From: a virus
Taxonomy: Duplodnaviria > Heunggongvirae > Uroviricota > Caudoviricetes
Direction: 5' to 3' (one strand)
Virus record (IMG/VR): IMGVR_UViG_2541047698_000010
DNA length: 15,255 nucleotides
This document shows, piece by piece, positions 14,330 to 15,255 of the stretch. The notes below the pieces were generated by a model. That model did not search any database and was not told where the DNA came from. It saw only the letters and a list, made by a program, of their open reading frames with translations. The translations under genes and the position numbers were made by a program. Numbering within the stretch: the stretch's first letter is position 1; each line of letters starts with the position of its first letter.

Positions 14330-14826
14330 TGCCTCCATCATTACGAAAAGCTGTTGCTGCTGCTATTGGTGGCGGGGCTATTGCTATAGCATCTGTGTTA
14401 ATCACTGGCCCAAGTGGTAACGATGGTCTGGAAGGTGTGAGACATAATCCTTACAAAGACATAGTTGGTGTATGGACTGTATGTTACGGGCATACAGGAA
14501 AAGACATCATTCCCGGTAAAACGTATACCGAAGCAGAGTGCAAAGCCCTCCTGAATAAAGACCTTGCCACTGTCGCCAGACAAATTAACCCGTACATCAA
14601 AGTCGATATACCGGAAACAACGCGCGGCGCTCTTTACTCGTTCGTCTACAACGTGGGTGCTGGCAATTTCAGAACATCGACGCTTCTTCGCAAAATCAAC
14701 CAGGGCGATATCAAAGGCGCATGTGACCAGCTACGTCGCTGGACATACGCTGGCGGTAAGCAATGGAAAGGGCTGATGACTCGCCGTGAGATTGAGCGTG
14801 AAGTCTGTTTGTGGGGGCAGCAATGA
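14329..14826 (+). CDS. rrrD: SAR endolysin (phage 21 R-type lysozyme, T4-lysozyme fold)
   Basis: 165 aa. N-terminal Gly/Ala-rich signal-anchor-release segment ([16 protein letters not shown]). Catalytic E-D-T spacing in ..[22 protein letters not shown]... TAATG coupling with the holin. Confidence 0.9.
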   Translation: MPPSLRKAVAAAIGGGAIAIASVLITGPSGNDGLEGVRHNPYKDIVGVWTVCYGHTGKDIIPGKTYTEAECKALLNKDLATVARQINPYIKVDIPETTRGALYSFVYNVGAGNFRTSTLLRKINQGDIKGACDQLRRWTYAGGKQWKGLMTRREIEREVCLWGQQ

Positions 14827-15077
14827 GCAGGTTAACCGCGATTATCTCCGCTCTGGTTATCTGCATCATCGTCTGTCTGTCATGGGCTGTTAATCATTAC
14901 CGTGATAACGCCATTACCTATAAAGAACAGCGCGATAAAGCCACGTACATCATCGCTGACATGCAGAAGCGTCAACGTGACGTAGCAGAACTCGATGCCA
15001 GATATACAAAGGAGCTTGCTGATGCTAACGCGACTATCGAAAGTCTCCGTGCTGATGTTTCTGCTGGGCGTAAGCGC
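14823..15077 (+). pseudogene. rzpD: Rz i-spanin, truncated after codon 85 by an IS2 insertion
   Basis: ATGA coupling with the endolysin. N-terminal TM segment plus coiled-coil start matches Rz ([34 protein letters not shown]...). Reading frame runs into the IS2 terminal repeat at 15078. Confidence 0.65.
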
Positions 15078-15255
15078 TGGATTTGCCCCTATATTTCCAG
15101 ACATCTGTTATCACTTAACCCATTACAAGCCCGCTGCCGCAGATATTCCCGTGGCGAGCGATAACCCAGCGCACTATGCGGATGCCATTCGTTATAATGC
15201 TCGAACGCCTCTGCAAGGTTCTTTGCTGCCGTTAACCCGTCTGGTTTGGGCATGA
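15078..15255 (-). mobile_element. IS2 (IS3 family) right terminus, element continues beyond the window
   Basis: Sequence from TGGATTTGCCCCTATATTTCCAGACATCTG matches the IS2 right end as recalled. The minus strand encodes an IS3-family transposase C-terminus. Confidence 0.7.
15089..15255 (-). CDS. insD: IS2 transposase OrfB (InsD), C-terminal fragment; 5' part outside the window
   Basis: Minus-strand translation ..[53 protein letters not shown], stop at 15089-15091. [12 protein letters not shown] is the conserved C-terminal motif of IS3-family integrase-core transposases. Confidence 0.7.

Noticed and set aside
14628-14637. boxA-like CGCTCTTTAC on the plus strand
   Set aside because: It falls inside the endolysin coding sequence (codons for GALYSF) far from any promoter. 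Likely coincidental.
14880-15104. 74-aa minus-strand ORF across the Rz / IS2 junction
   Set aside because: Antisense to Rz, and it spans the insertion junction. Artefact.
14995-15255. 86-aa plus-strand ORF first considered as an Rz1 o-spanin candidate
   Set aside because: It has no lipobox cysteine and no signal peptide. Most of it is the antisense strand of the IS2 transposase. The real Rz1 is expected beyond the IS2 insertion.
1-15255. Search for tRNA genes, att core and rRNA
   Set aside because: No cloverleaf-compatible sequence with a T-loop (GTTCNANTC) was seen. The integrase stop is at position 1, so attL and any tRNA target lie outside the window.

Overview
This 15.3 kb window is a mosaic lambdoid (phage 21 / DLP12-like) prophage segment, probably from Escherichia or Shigella. 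Position 1 is the stop codon of the integrase, so attL must lie left of the window. Left to right: integrase and excisionase; a leftward early operon matching K-12 CPS-53 yfdP-Q-R-S-T in order and size (includes an HD-domain nucleotidase and a DUF2303 protein); a GC-rich, highly structured non-coding block; a convergent plus-strand gene (coiled-coil plus zinc-ribbon protein) lying antisense inside the pL transcription unit; the immunity region (S24-peptidase cI-like repressor, divergent pRM/pR with TGTA-N9-TACA operators, cro); a cII/YdaT-like gene; an O-like initiator with in-gene iterons; a Dam-like methyltransferase; a LexA DNA-binding-domain-only protein; RusA; an SOS box in front of a KilA-N gene, a DUF968 protein and a phage 82-type Q; an opposite-strand OmpC-family porin; and the 21-type lysis cassette (pinholin, SAR endolysin, Rz). 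Rz is cut after codon 85 by an IS2 terminus at 15078. No tRNA, rRNA or CRISPR array was found. The best candidates for an undescribed system are (1) the uncleavable LexA-DBD paralog with the SOS box controlling KilA-N/DUF968/Q, and (2) the pL-proximal block: an exact rrn-type boxA with no N gene, the antisense zinc-ribbon gene, and the structured GC-rich RNA region. All calls come from reading the sequence and from recalled family knowledge; no database search was run, and the K-12 gene-name matches are from memory.
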